NCBI GenBank assembly: GCA_964634365.1 | Contig: CAZWJU010000003.1 | Span: 36,890-100,889, forward strand | Origin: an uncultured Candidatus Saccharibacteria bacterium | Lineage (GTDB): Bacteria; Patescibacteriota; Minisyncoccia; Phycocordibacterales; UBA9973 | Direction of reading: 5' to 3' | DNA: 64,000 bases | Part shown: positions 40,330 through 49,908 of the stretch, in pieces | Layout of the letters: each line of letters opens with the position of its first letter | How positions within the stretch are numbered: the stretch's first letter is position 1 | The notes under the pieces: generated by a model | Seen by the model: the letters and a program-made list of their open reading frames with translations, nothing else | Database searches by the model: none | Told to the model about the DNA's origin: nothing | Translations under genes and position numbers: made by a program

Positions 40330-41493
40330 CTACTTTCTTAAAATCGTGTTGATTTTTTCAGCTATTTTTTTCATATCTTTCTCTGTTTTTCCTCTTGTAG
40401 TTTCTGCGGCTGTGCCGAGTCTAATCCCAGATGGATCAAAAGGAGAACGCAACTCAAACGGGATAGTATTTTTATTTACTATAATTCCCTCTCTCTCAAG
40501 ACGCTCACTCGCCTCTTTACCAGAAATACCTTTTCCACTCATCCAAGTATCTACCAAAATCAAATGTGAATCAGTTCCACCAGACACAATTCTCCAGCCA
40601 AATTTTTGAAGTAGAGAAGCAAGGTTTTTTGAATTTTTAATTATCTGTTTTGTGTATTTTTTGAATTCAGGTTTGCTGGCTTCATAAAGCGCAACAGCAG
40701 TAGCAGCAATTTGATTTTCATGTGGACCACCTTGGAGTCCGGGAAAAACTGCCTTATCAATTTTTTCAGAAAATTCTTTTTTAGAAAAAATCATAGCCCC
40801 ACGTGGACCACGAAGAGTTTTGTGGGTTGTGGTAGTGACAACATCTGCATATGGAAAAGGTGACGGATACACTCCACCAGCCACAAGTCCAGCTATGTGA
40901 GACATATCTACTAAAAGCAAAGCGCCGACAGAATCCGCAATATGGCGGAATTTTTCCCAATCAACAACTCTTGGATACGCAGTAAATCCTGCGACAACTA
41001 TGTCTGGTTTGTGCAAAGCGGCCTCACGTTTTAAATCTTCATAATCTAAAACCTCCTTGTCTTTGTCTACATGGTATGGGATCTGTTTCCAAAAAATTCC
41101 TGAAGCTGAAACTTTATGTCCGTGTGTTAGGTGGCCACCACTCTCAAGAGACATCCCAAATATCTTCCCACCCTCTGGAACAAGTGCAGTGTAAACTGCA
41201 AGGTTTGCAGGAGACCCAGAAAGCGGTTGAACATTTACACTCCACTTATCTTTGTCCAATTTAAATAATTTTAAAGCTCGACTTTGCGCAAGCTTCTCAA
41301 TTTTATCTATTGTTGAATTACCTCCATAGTAGCGTCTATCTGGATAGCCTTCGGAATATTTATTTGTTAGAACACTTCCAAGTGCCCCCAAAACATCTTT
41401 TGAAACATAGTTTTCAGACGCAATCAAATTCACCACGCTTTTCTGGCGCTTACTTTCCTCTTCGACTAGTTTTTTAATCTGTAAATCTTTCAT
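40330..41493 (-). CDS. glyA: Serine hydroxymethyltransferase
   Basis: PLP-lysine region TTTTHKTLRGPRG and a full-length SHMT alignment. Confidence 0.95.
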   Translation of the reverse strand: MKDLQIKKLVEEESKRQKSVVNLIASENYVSKDVLGALGSVLTNKYSEGYPDRRYYGGNSTIDKIEKLAQSRALKLFKLDKDKWSVNVQPLSGSPANLAVYTALVPEGGKIFGMSLESGGHLTHGHKVSASGIFWKQIPYHVDKDKEVLDYEDLKREAALHKPDIVVAGFTAYPRVVDWEKFRHIADSVGALLLVDMSHIAGLVAGGVYPSPFPYADVVTTTTHKTLRGPRGAMIFSKKEFSEKIDKAVFPGLQGGPHENQIAATAVALYEASKPEFKKYTKQIIKNSKNLASLLQKFGWRIVSGGTDSHLILVDTWMSGKGISGKEASERLEREGIIVNKNTIPFELRSPFDPSGIRLGTAAETTRGKTEKDMKKIAEKINTILRK

Positions 41494-41542
41494 TATGCTT
41501 TAGATATTAGCATGTAAAATTGTTTTTTTAAATAAAAAAACA

Positions 41543-41571
41543 AAACCCCGAAATTTCGGGGTTTTTGTTTA
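41543..41571. terminator. Terminator aaaaccccgaaatttcggggtttttgttt
   Basis: Hairpin plus T-run. Confidence 0.7.
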
Positions 41572-43023
41572 TTTCTTCTCCACAATATCGTGAAGTCCAC
41601 GCTTCATATCCCACTCACTGTCGGACATGTCCACATGGAGTTTCAAATCTGGAAATTCGCGCATCATATATTCTGCGCACTTCTTTTCCATATTGCGCAC
41701 TGTTGGATGCACCGCAAGCCCAGTTCTCAATTCCTGTACGAACACCTCTGAGACAAGATTACGGGAGAATTCCACTGGCACTTTAAATCCCATCGGGATA
41801 AGATACTGAAAATCAACTTCAGGATATTCATTTCTGTTCATCGAAGAGATAATTGATTCAACTCTTTCAATAACATACTTGGCTTTTACAAATAAACTGT
41901 CTGGGAGCTGATCAAAATACCACTCCTCAAATCCATGATTTGTAACGAGGAGTGGAACCTCTGTAATACCATTACGCTGACGCTGAATGTCACGAAACGA
42001 ACGATAATCCAGAAATGTCTTAATGTGAACACTTCCGAGCTTACCCATTACTTTCGGCAACTCTGTTTTTACCGGACGAGCATCAATATATTTCTGATAA
42101 TTTGCGAGACCTATACGATCAATTGTATCTGTCATTTCAAACTCCGGCCAATCACCTTCAGGTACAAAATAACACAAATCCCTGGCGCACATTTCCCAAT
42201 AAGCATCTTGCTCCGGATATTTTTTCTTTTTAATATATGTTGCCGGAAATTTTTCCTTCAGCACAGACAAAATCGAGTATGCAATCGCACGCACCTCAGA
42301 GGACGGATTGTGTACAAGCAATTTCTGTTGTTCATCAATCTGACGCAAGTTCATATGAATCGAAGCATTGGTCCTGGCTCCTGCCGGCAAAAACGCTCCA
42401 AGAATATCGAACATCTTTGCATTAATTGCTTTTTCGTATTGAGCCTCCCATTCTTTGTCCGTTTTATCCTCAGGTTTTTCTCCAATTGGAAAACGCTCTT
42501 TCAGATATGGAGGCATAATACGAAGACCTTGTTCGTAAAAATCCATCAGGATATCAATAACTGCTTTTGATGCAGAATTATCGATCGGATCGTAACAACC
42601 AAGTTTAGTCATAGCGACATACCTGGTACTTGTTTCTTGTCCATTGTAAAGCGGCCAATTTTGGAATTGTTTTGCAGCAATCATAGAAAGGCCATCGATG
42701 TAGAATGTGATTGTTCCACAATCCCCAATTGATTTGTCTCCATAATTTACATAAAACATCTCCATAAAATCTGCAGAACCTTTCTGTAATACCTTTTTCA
42801 GATTCACAAACATTCCACCAGAGCTTCGAGAGTTAAGCGACTGCAACATCGCATTATCTTCTGGGCTGTCAAGATCAAAAAGTGACACAACAACGCCGGT
42901 GTCAGTTTGGTTTGAAGTTATTTTATTTAAAATCAACTTCACTTCTTCTCGTCTCTCAGACGGAAGAGAGGACAGAAAATCAGACATCTTCTGTTCAACA
43001 ATTGGGTTTAGTTCTTTTTCCAT
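41569..43023 (-). CDS. Double-length ThyX-like (flavin-dependent thymidylate synthase family) protein with non-canonical active-site motif
   Basis: TITFYIDGLSMIAAKQFQNWPLYNGQETSTRY aligns with ThyX [32 protein letters not shown]; SxRY is kept but RHR is replaced by NWP. GARTNASIHMNLR resembles ThyX NARSLMNFLNLR. A C-terminal SRNLVSEVFVQELR resembles it again. Confidence 0.5.
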   Translation of the reverse strand: MEKELNPIVEQKMSDFLSSLPSERREEVKLILNKITSNQTDTGVVVSLFDLDSPEDNAMLQSLNSRSSGGMFVNLKKVLQKGSADFMEMFYVNYGDKSIGDCGTITFYIDGLSMIAAKQFQNWPLYNGQETSTRYVAMTKLGCYDPIDNSASKAVIDILMDFYEQGLRIMPPYLKERFPIGEKPEDKTDKEWEAQYEKAINAKMFDILGAFLPAGARTNASIHMNLRQIDEQQKLLVHNPSSEVRAIAYSILSVLKEKFPATYIKKKKYPEQDAYWEMCARDLCYFVPEGDWPEFEMTDTIDRIGLANYQKYIDARPVKTELPKVMGKLGSVHIKTFLDYRSFRDIQRQRNGITEVPLLVTNHGFEEWYFDQLPDSLFVKAKYVIERVESIISSMNRNEYPEVDFQYLIPMGFKVPVEFSRNLVSEVFVQELRTGLAVHPTVRNMEKKCAEYMMREFPDLKLHVDMSDSEWDMKRGLHDIVEKK

Positions 43024-43084
43024 TTTGTTAAATTTACATTTCTGGCCTATTTCTACACTAAATATTGACCTGAGTCAATAAAAA

Positions 43085-43107
43085 GAAAACCCGCAAAATG
43101 CGGGTTT
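43085..43107. terminator. Terminator aaaacccgcaaaatgcgggttt
   Basis: Hairpin; family-typical. Confidence 0.6.
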
Positions 43108-43111
43108 ATAT

Positions 43112-44218
43112 TTAAATGAACTGCTTGGCCAGTTTGGCCTTTATCTGCTTCGTATAATTTGAAGAAATCGAATCATAGTGTATTTCCGGCACTTCAGCCA
43201 AATGCTCATATCTGAGCCTGGCGATTGGTTGCCTGTGTCTTACACACATATTTTCAAATGCTCGTACTTCAAGCGTCAGCGGGCGACCGAATCCCTTACC
43301 ATCTGCGCCTATCCCCCATCCTGGATCAATGAATCCGGCGTAGTGAGATCTAAACTCACCGAACCGATCATCTATTGATGCCATTTCAGAAGCATATTCA
43401 ACCGGAACTGAAACATTCTCGTATGAAGAAAGAATGTAAAATCTACCTGACTCGAGCGTAACAAAACCATCTTTACCAAAAACAATATCGAAGAAATCTT
43501 CCTTTTTATATGTCTGCTTGATATCAACGATAAGCTTTTGTTTTTTCTTGGCAACATAACCAAGTGGCAAATCGCTTTCTTTTGCATCAATTGTCAGAAC
43601 CACAGATCTCTGATTGTCTTTGGCTTGCATATTTTTGAAACTGATAACTTTCTTGCTTTCAGGATCGAAAATAAGTCCTGGATTTTGCATTAACGTCTCG
43701 AGTTCAAAGTTGCTAATCCTGGTATCAGAATAACAAAGCCTAAGCTGATTTAAACAAATATCTTCACAAAGCAAAATTCCAAAAGATTTTGGTTTTATAA
43801 GCAACCACAAATCTCCAGACCAACCACGCTTAAATATTGAATCGTATGGAGAAGTATGGTCAGCCAAAAGTCGTACATGTAAATCGAGCCTACCGGATGT
43901 AGATTTTGGATTTGCATATCCATAAACACCTTGCGGCAAATCAAGATGTTCATTTAATTTTGCTACATATGTATGATTTGGGCGAAGTGGTTTTTCAATA
44001 GAATATTTTGTAGAACCAACTTCTTGCATTGTCTCCCAAACTGTTTTATCGTCTGGAACTTGAAAAGAATTTTCAACTTCATATATCTCACCAGAAAGTG
44101 ACAGGTCGATAGATGCGGGTTTAATATTGCTATCTTTTACTCCACAAATAAAACCATTGTTTGCAAGCACTCGTAAGTGCTGCGCAGGTAATGCACCAGA
44201 AAATTTCTCTATATTCAT
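43112..44218 (-). CDS. 2'-deoxycytidine 5'-triphosphate deaminase family protein (long, tandem dUTPase-fold, DCD/PF06559-like)
   Basis: PASIDLSLSGEIYEV and STSGRLDLHVRLL are dUTPase/dCTP-deaminase fold motifs. The ~370-aa size is typical of the long DCD family. Confidence 0.55.
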   Translation of the reverse strand: MNIEKFSGALPAQHLRVLANNGFICGVKDSNIKPASIDLSLSGEIYEVENSFQVPDDKTVWETMQEVGSTKYSIEKPLRPNHTYVAKLNEHLDLPQGVYGYANPKSTSGRLDLHVRLLADHTSPYDSIFKRGWSGDLWLLIKPKSFGILLCEDICLNQLRLCYSDTRISNFELETLMQNPGLIFDPESKKVISFKNMQAKDNQRSVVLTIDAKESDLPLGYVAKKKQKLIVDIKQTYKKEDFFDIVFGKDGFVTLESGRFYILSSYENVSVPVEYASEMASIDDRFGEFRSHYAGFIDPGWGIGADGKGFGRPLTLEVRAFENMCVRHRQPIARLRYEHLAEVPEIHYDSISSNYTKQIKAKLAKQFI

Positions 44219-44254
44219 AAAAGTATCTTTTGCTTCGAATCTACCATATGAGAA

Positions 44255-44860
44255 GTGATATTAGCAAACAATTTTCTAGCTATATCAAAAATGACTTTTA
44301 CGTGCTATCCTAAGTTCAAACAAAGCTCCTATTTTATGAAAGTAATCATCTGGGCCGTCTTACAAAGCTCAGAAAACCCAAAACTAGACAGAGGTATAGG
44401 AAAAGCAAACAAAACATTGGTAAACATAAAAACAGCCAATGAACGCTTCAATAGCCTAACAAAAGGCCACACTGTAATCATGGGCAGATTCACATACGAA
44501 TCGTTGCCCGACAGACTAAGGCCTATAATTGGACGAAGAAATATCGTTATTAGTAAAAGCCCTGAATTCTATCCTCATAAAGATGTGATCGTAGTAGCAT
44601 CTTTAACAGAAGCAATCAAAGAGGCTGCAAAATTTGAAGAAACGGAAATCTTCATAATTGGAGGAGAAAAAGTATTTGAGCAAGCTTTTTCTGACGAGAT
44701 AGTGGACACATTAGAAATTGTTCTAGTGAGTTCAAATATAAAAGCTGATAGATTTTTCCCAAAATGGGAATCATTTGGTAAAATAACTTACTCCGAAAGT
44801 GGAGTAGACCCAAAAACTGGATTAGAGTACACCTTTCTAACAATCGAAAAAAATAAATAA
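44255..44860 (+). CDS. folA: Dihydrofolate reductase; likely start MKVIIWAV at ~44336
   Basis: VIMGRFTYESLPDRLRPIIGRRNIVISKS matches the DHFR core IMGRKTxESLxxRPLPGRxNIVLS. Confidence 0.75.
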   Translation: MILANNFLAISKMTFTCYPKFKQSSYFMKVIIWAVLQSSENPKLDRGIGKANKTLVNIKTANERFNSLTKGHTVIMGRFTYESLPDRLRPIIGRRNIVISKSPEFYPHKDVIVVASLTEAIKEAAKFEETEIFIIGGEKVFEQAFSDEIVDTLEIVLVSSNIKADRFFPKWESFGKITYSESGVDPKTGLEYTFLTIEKNK

Positions 44861-44888
44861 AAAAAGCAGTCACCTTGACTGCTTTTCT
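44861..44888 (+). terminator. Terminator aaaaagcagtcaccttgactgctttt
   Basis: Hairpin plus T-run after folA. Confidence 0.6.
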
Positions 44889-45019
44889 ATTAGGTATTAG
44901 GGAAAAGGTTATAGCGAATAGTAAAGAAAAACATAGAAAAAATCTCCTGCGGAGATTTTTTCTATTAGAATTATGTTTTCATTCTTCACTATTCCCTATT
45001 CCCTTGCCCCTCTTTGCCG

Positions 45020-45442
45020 TTATATAACGTCGATTCCTGCTGAACGAGCAGAGCCTTCTACGATTTTCATTGCTCCTTCGATATCTTTTGCATTTAAGTC
45101 TACTAGTTTCTTTTCTGCAATTTCTCTCACTTGTGCTTTTGTAATCTTTCCTGCCTTTGAAGTATTTGGTCTTCCAGATCCTTTTTCGATTCCAGCTGCC
45201 TTAAATATAAGACCTGCTACTGGTGGAGTCTTGATTACGAAATCGTAAGTTCTGTCTTCATAAACAGAGATTTGTACTCCGACAATATCTCCAGCCATAC
45301 TAGAAGTTGCAGCATTGAACTTAGTAACGAAGTCACCGATGTTAATACCTGCTTGTCCGAGCGCTGGTCCAAGTGGTGGAGCTGGTGTCGCCTTTGCAGC
45401 CGGCACCTGTAGTTTTACTTTTTTGATAATTTTCTTTGCCAT
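45020..45442 (-). CDS. rplK: 50S ribosomal protein L11
   Basis: [22 protein letters not shown] is the L11 signature. Confidence 0.92.
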   Translation of the reverse strand: MAKKIIKKVKLQVPAAKATPAPPLGPALGQAGINIGDFVTKFNAATSSMAGDIVGVQISVYEDRTYDFVIKTPPVAGLIFKAAGIEKGSGRPNTSKAGKITKAQVREIAEKKLVDLNAKDIEGAMKIVEGSARSAGIDVI

Positions 45443-45548
45443 TTTATTAGTTTAAAGTTTATATTTTTAAGTTTTTATAGGGAAACTCATACCCTTGAAG
45501 CTTTTGCGTAACGGGTTTAGATTAACAGAAAATCCGAAAGGTGTAAAG

Positions 45549-46097
45549 CTATAGTTTCTTGACCTGCAAGAAATCTAGTTCCACCGGAGTCTCGCGACCG
45601 AACATTGAAACAAGTACTTTTACCTTACCTCGTTCATGATCTATCTCGTCTACTCTACCTTCCAATTCTTTGAAAGGTCCGTCTGCGATGCGAATAATCT
45701 CTCCAACATCGAGATTGATGTTGTGTTTTGCTGTCTTGTCGACTTCCATTTTACCAAAAAGAGCGTTTACTTCGTCTTGGTTTAGAGGAACAGGATTTAC
45801 TCCAGCACCAACGAATCCTGTAACGCGAGGAGTATTACGAACCACAAACCATGAGTCGTCAGTCACGATCATATCTACTAAAACATAACCAGGGTAAACT
45901 TTCTCTTCTTGTTCTACTCTCTTACCCGCTTTGATTTTAATTTTTTTCTCAACAGGAACAATCACGTTGAATATCTTGTCTTGCATTCCGAGAGATTCGA
46001 TACGCTGCATAAGGTTACGCATAACAGCATTCTCATAGCCTGAGTATGTGTGTATTGCGTACCAATTTCGTGCACCTTGCGCTTCTTGTTTTGCCAT
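45549..46097 (-). CDS. nusG: Transcription termination/antitermination factor NusG
   Basis: NGN domain WYAIHTYSGYENAV plus a C-terminal KOW (GPFKELEGRVDEID…KVKVLV). Confidence 0.9.
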   Translation of the reverse strand: MAKQEAQGARNWYAIHTYSGYENAVMRNLMQRIESLGMQDKIFNVIVPVEKKIKIKAGKRVEQEEKVYPGYVLVDMIVTDDSWFVVRNTPRVTGFVGAGVNPVPLNQDEVNALFGKMEVDKTAKHNINLDVGEIIRIADGPFKELEGRVDEIDHERGKVKVLVSMFGRETPVELDFLQVKKL

Positions 46098-46121
46098 ATA
46101 ATTAAAAGTTATTTAAAAAAA

Positions 46122-46304
46122 TTAATAAATCAAAACCTTTTGTAGTCCTGATGAGAATAGGAAATCAAAAAATCCTAACAAATAAGCAACTAGACCTGAA
46201 ATAACCAAAACTGCAACTGTATACAAAATTGCCTGACTTTTAGTTGGCCAATTTACATGCTTTAATTCTGTTTTAGTCTCTCTTAGATAATTTAGTATTT
46301 TCAT
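46122..46304 (-). CDS. secE: Preprotein translocase subunit SecE
   Basis: 60 aa, ETKTELKHVNWPTKSQ plus a single TM helix. Conserved position immediately upstream of nusG. Confidence 0.7.
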   Translation of the reverse strand: MKILNYLRETKTELKHVNWPTKSQAILYTVAVLVISGLVAYLLGFFDFLFSSGLQKVLIY

Positions 46305-46420
46305 ATTTTTACCTACGTTTTTATATAGGATATTCTAATTTGTGTAAAAAATTCTTTATAAAAAAACACCCGGGCGGGGTTGTTTACGTAATATAGTATA
46401 TCAGACCCATAGAAAATGTA

Positions 46421-46447
46421 AAGGCCGGAATATTCCGGCCTTTTTCT
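46421..46447. terminator. Terminator aaaggccggaatattccggccttttt
   Basis: Perfect hairpin plus T-run. Confidence 0.7.
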
Positions 46448-46923
46448 TATAAAACTAGTATAAAATCAGGGTCTAACCAGAGGTGGTTTATAGTATCCAA
46501 CCTTTGTTTATGGGTGCGACCATCGCGAAACATAAAATCAAATACATGTTTCAACTTTTCAATATTTTTGCATCCATATTGCCCTTCCTTTAGAACAATA
46601 TCTAGATTGCCGACTTGCTCCACATATATTTTCTTGCCACCGAAATATTTATTTCGATTTATCTCATCGGCAATTTGATAAACATTTAATGTCCCGAAAA
46701 GGACGTGCCATAAAATATGCTTCGTCTTTGGTGCATTTCTATAAAGATTGCTCTTGTTAGAAGTCCCACCTATAGAACGCGGTCGCCTATGGTGATCGTT
46801 GCGACCTGATACGTTGAAAAATTGGATTGTGTTTTGATCTTTTCTGATTTTATAAGCGCTAGCTTTGTCTATCACCTGTTCCTCATAAGGAGAGATGATC
46901 CTACTGGTACTACCTGGTTCCAA
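46447..46923 (-). CDS. Hypothetical basic protein
   Basis: No confident motif. Confidence 0.35.
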   Translation of the reverse strand: MEPGSTSRIISPYEEQVIDKASAYKIRKDQNTIQFFNVSGRNDHHRRPRSIGGTSNKSNLYRNAPKTKHILWHVLFGTLNVYQIADEINRNKYFGGKKIYVEQVGNLDIVLKEGQYGCKNIEKLKHVFDFMFRDGRTHKQRLDTINHLWLDPDFILVL

Positions 46924-46982
46924 ATTCTATTATTTTTTTTGATTAGAAAATAGCTTGTTTAATATATTATATATCTACAAAT

Positions 46983-47021
46983 AAAAAACCGCTATCCAAT
47001 TTTGTGTGGATAGCGGTTTTT
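46983..47021. terminator. Terminator aaaaaaccgctatccaattttgtgtggatagcggttttt
   Basis: Long hairpin plus T-run. Confidence 0.65.
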
Positions 47022-47025
47022 ATGA

Positions 47026-47802
47026 TTAACGTATCTCGTATGTTATGGATACAGAAGATGTAAATTTATTCTCTCCTAGAGGAACCTCTGGAACACTAGA
47101 ACTTTCCTTGGCAGCAGACATGAATCCATCGCCCAAATAGTCATAGGGCATATTGCCGTCTTCTTGGAAACTTACTATTTGAACCAATCTAACATCCAGG
47201 TCTTTAGCTAAAATTTTTGCTTTTTCTTTTGCCATATCTATTGCATTTGCTCTAGCGATTGCTTGGACAGCATCTTCGTCATCAATTGTATAGTTTGGAC
47301 CATATACAAGACTCACACCATTTTCTCCAAGAAGTGCCAAGACAGCTCCTGCCATAGAAGTGTCGTGTAATTTTACTTCTATACTCTCTGAAACTGTATA
47401 GCCAATTATTTTTTGATCATTGTCTCTACAGTAATAGTATGTGCATGGCGTGCCACTATATTTAGGACTAGATGTATATGACGTTGTCTTTATATCTTTG
47501 TCTAAAATACCTAAATCTCTAATACCCTTTAGGTTGGTAGCTACGGCTTCTGTAGTTTTATCTTGAGCCTCTTTAACTGATTCGCCTTCGTTTGTAATAG
47601 TAAAATCAATCAAAGCAACGTCAGGTATAGCAAAAGCTTCTCCTGTTCCAGATACAGTGATCGTAGAAAAAGGACTATTCTCGCCTCTTCGTAGATTTGA
47701 TACTGCATCAACAAATTTTATAAAAACAAACAGTGTTAGTACTACTGATAGTACAGCGACACTATTCATTGCAAATTTTTTTTCATCTATTTTTAAATTC
47801 AT
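47026..47802 (-). CDS. SIMPL-domain (DUF541) secreted protein
   Basis: N-terminal TM/signal followed by ITVSGTGEAFAIPDVALIDFTI, the SIMPL pattern. Confidence 0.7.
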   Translation of the reverse strand: MNLKIDEKKFAMNSVAVLSVVLTLFVFIKFVDAVSNLRRGENSPFSTITVSGTGEAFAIPDVALIDFTITNEGESVKEAQDKTTEAVATNLKGIRDLGILDKDIKTTSYTSSPKYSGTPCTYYYCRDNDQKIIGYTVSESIEVKLHDTSMAGAVLALLGENGVSLVYGPNYTIDDEDAVQAIARANAIDMAKEKAKILAKDLDVRLVQIVSFQEDGNMPYDYLGDGFMSAAKESSSVPEVPLGENKFTSSVSITYEIR

Positions 47803-47843
47803 ATATTTTACGCACAGTGCGTTATTTAAAATAATAAAATGAC

Positions 47844-48248
47844 CTAATCAACAAACTTATCTTTTGTATTTTGAATTATTTCTTTTGTTTTTTCATAAGG
47901 ATCTACCCCCAGGAGTGTATGCATAGCACCTTCTTTTTTAGCATGAGATGCAAGTATATTTATAAAACGCAACATAGTTCCTATGCCTAGAAATATATAA
48001 ACCATTGTAAATATCTTTCCAGCAATTGTTACAGGAGAAACATTGTCAGCGCCTACTGTCGAAAGTGTTGTTACAGCAAAATACAAAGAATCTAGGTACG
48101 ACCATTTCTCAACCAGGTGATAAAAAACTGAACCAGAAAATAATATAACCAATAAAAATATAAGAACACTTCTTACTTCACGCTCACGCAATGCGTCGCG
48201 TAAAGTTCTACCGAATCTAACGAACATCAGAATAAAAATTGAATTCAT
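47844..48248 (-). CDS. Two-TM ion-channel family protein (Ion_trans_2-like, degenerate selectivity filter TVGADN)
   Basis: TM, pore helix TTLSTVGADNVSP, TM. Filter is not the canonical TVGYGD. Confidence 0.5.
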   Translation of the reverse strand: MNSIFILMFVRFGRTLRDALREREVRSVLIFLLVILFSGSVFYHLVEKWSYLDSLYFAVTTLSTVGADNVSPVTIAGKIFTMVYIFLGIGTMLRFINILASHAKKEGAMHTLLGVDPYEKTKEIIQNTKDKFVD

Positions 48249-48249
48249 A

Positions 48250-48726
48250 TTATTCTACAGACAGAAGTTCAACTTCAAAAACCAAAGTTGCACCTCCTGG
48301 TATAACACCCGGGATACCACTTGGGCCGTAAGCTAAGTCACTAGGGATTGTAAGAATTCGAGTCTCTCCTACTTTCATACCTGCAACACCTTCATCCCAA
48401 CCCTTGATAACTTGTCCTGCTCCAAGATTGAATGAAAATGGTATACCTCGATCGCGACTAGAATCAAACTTAGAACCATTTTCAAGTGTTCCGACATAGT
48501 GAACAGAAACTTTGTTTCCTTCTGCTGCCACTTCTCCAGTACCCGCAACCTTAATCTCATAAGACAGACCACTTGCTGTTGTAATTTTATCCATAGACAT
48601 ATCTGTTGTTTTTATATCTGTGTTTTCTGGAGCCTTAACAGGCTTTGGAAATACACGAAAAATTATAATTAATAAAATAACAAAAACTACTATAATTACT
48701 ATATTTAAAAGTGTTTTTTTATTCAT
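48250..48726 (-). CDS. FKBP-type peptidyl-prolyl cis-trans isomerase, membrane-anchored
   Basis: [47 protein letters not shown]. Confidence 0.88.
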   Translation of the reverse strand: MNKKTLLNIVIIVVFVILLIIIFRVFPKPVKAPENTDIKTTDMSMDKITTASGLSYEIKVAGTGEVAAEGNKVSVHYVGTLENGSKFDSSRDRGIPFSFNLGAGQVIKGWDEGVAGMKVGETRILTIPSDLAYGPSGIPGVIPGGATLVFEVELLSVE

Positions 48727-48780
48727 TTAGATAGTATAGCCTACCTTTACTGTATAGAAAAGCGCGTATATAATTTAACT

Positions 48781-49221
48781 ATGTTAGACATAAATACACC
48801 CGCTCCAGACTTTTCACTACCCGATGAAAGTGGTGAATTTCACTCTCTAGAAGAATACAAAGGTTCTTGGGTTTTATTATATTTTTACCCAAAAGATGAC
48901 ACACCTGGATGCACAAAAGAGGCTTGTTCTCTACGTGATTATGCACTCGAATACGAACAAAATGATCTTATTGTAATCGGGATTTCAAAAGACAGTGGAG
49001 AAAGTCATCAAAATTTTATATCAAAATACAAACTACCTTTTACTCTTCTTTCAGATGAAAAAAGTAAGGTTATAGATATGTATGGAGCAAAAGGCCCAAT
49101 TGGTACAAAAAGAATTTCATATCTAATCGATCCTGAAGGTATGATCGAAAAAGTCTATACAAAAGTTGATCCTGAAAAACACGCCGAAGAAGTTTTGCGT
49201 GACCTAGAATCTCTTAGATAA
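48781..49221 (+). CDS. bcp: Peroxiredoxin Bcp (thiol peroxidase, AhpC/TSA family)
   Basis: WVLLYFYPKDDTPGCTKEACSLRD. Confidence 0.88.
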   Translation: MLDINTPAPDFSLPDESGEFHSLEEYKGSWVLLYFYPKDDTPGCTKEACSLRDYALEYEQNDLIVIGISKDSGESHQNFISKYKLPFTLLSDEKSKVIDMYGAKGPIGTKRISYLIDPEGMIEKVYTKVDPEKHAEEVLRDLESLR

Positions 49222-49908
49222 CTCTCCTTTGTGTTTTATAATTGCATCTAAAACCTCTTCGTGAGTATCTAAGACTTTGTAAATACTTGTGTCTGTCTTG
49301 TCGATTGCCTCGTGCAACTCTAGAACATTTGTTCTTATAAATTGATCCATCGGCCCCCAATAATCTGAACCCATAAGAAAAACTGGGGCTTTTGGAATTT
49401 TACTAGTTTGAATAAGTGTAAGTATTTCAAAAAGTTCATCTAATGTACCAAACCCTCCAGGGTAAAATATGTACGCACTAGCAGCATAAGTCAGAGTTGC
49501 TTTGCGGGCAGAAAAGTTATTGAAACGCACCGCATCAGTTACATATTTGTTTACATTTTCTTCATTTTTTAATCTAATAGGTAGCCCCAAAGATATACCT
49601 CCAGCTTCTTTAGCACCCCTGTTAGCAGCCTCCATAATACCGGGACCACCTCCAGTAACAACAATAAAATCAAGTTCTCCAGCTATTTTATAAGCTAAAT
49701 TTCTAGCATCAATATAATGTTCGTTATCTTCTTTGAAACGAGCTGAGCCAAAAAAAGACACGGAATCTTTATATCCTTCAATAAATTCAAAACCCTGTTT
49801 AAATTCTCTGTTTATACTGCAAAGACGAGCGGTATTTTTATCTTCACGACTTTCGTCTAAACATTCAATTTCTATTTCTTCTGGGGTGAGCCACTTATTT
49901 TTATCCAT
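49204..49908 (-). CDS. LOG-family protein (cytokinin riboside 5'-monophosphate phosphoribohydrolase-like, TIGR00730)
   Basis: VVTGGGPGIMEAANRGA and YPGGFGTLDELFE motifs. Confidence 0.8.
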   Translation of the reverse strand: MDKNKWLTPEEIEIECLDESREDKNTARLCSINREFKQGFEFIEGYKDSVSFFGSARFKEDNEHYIDARNLAYKIAGELDFIVVTGGGPGIMEAANRGAKEAGGISLGLPIRLKNEENVNKYVTDAVRFNNFSARKATLTYAASAYIFYPGGFGTLDELFEILTLIQTSKIPKAPVFLMGSDYWGPMDQFIRTNVLELHEAIDKTDTSIYKVLDTHEEVLDAIIKHKGELSKRF

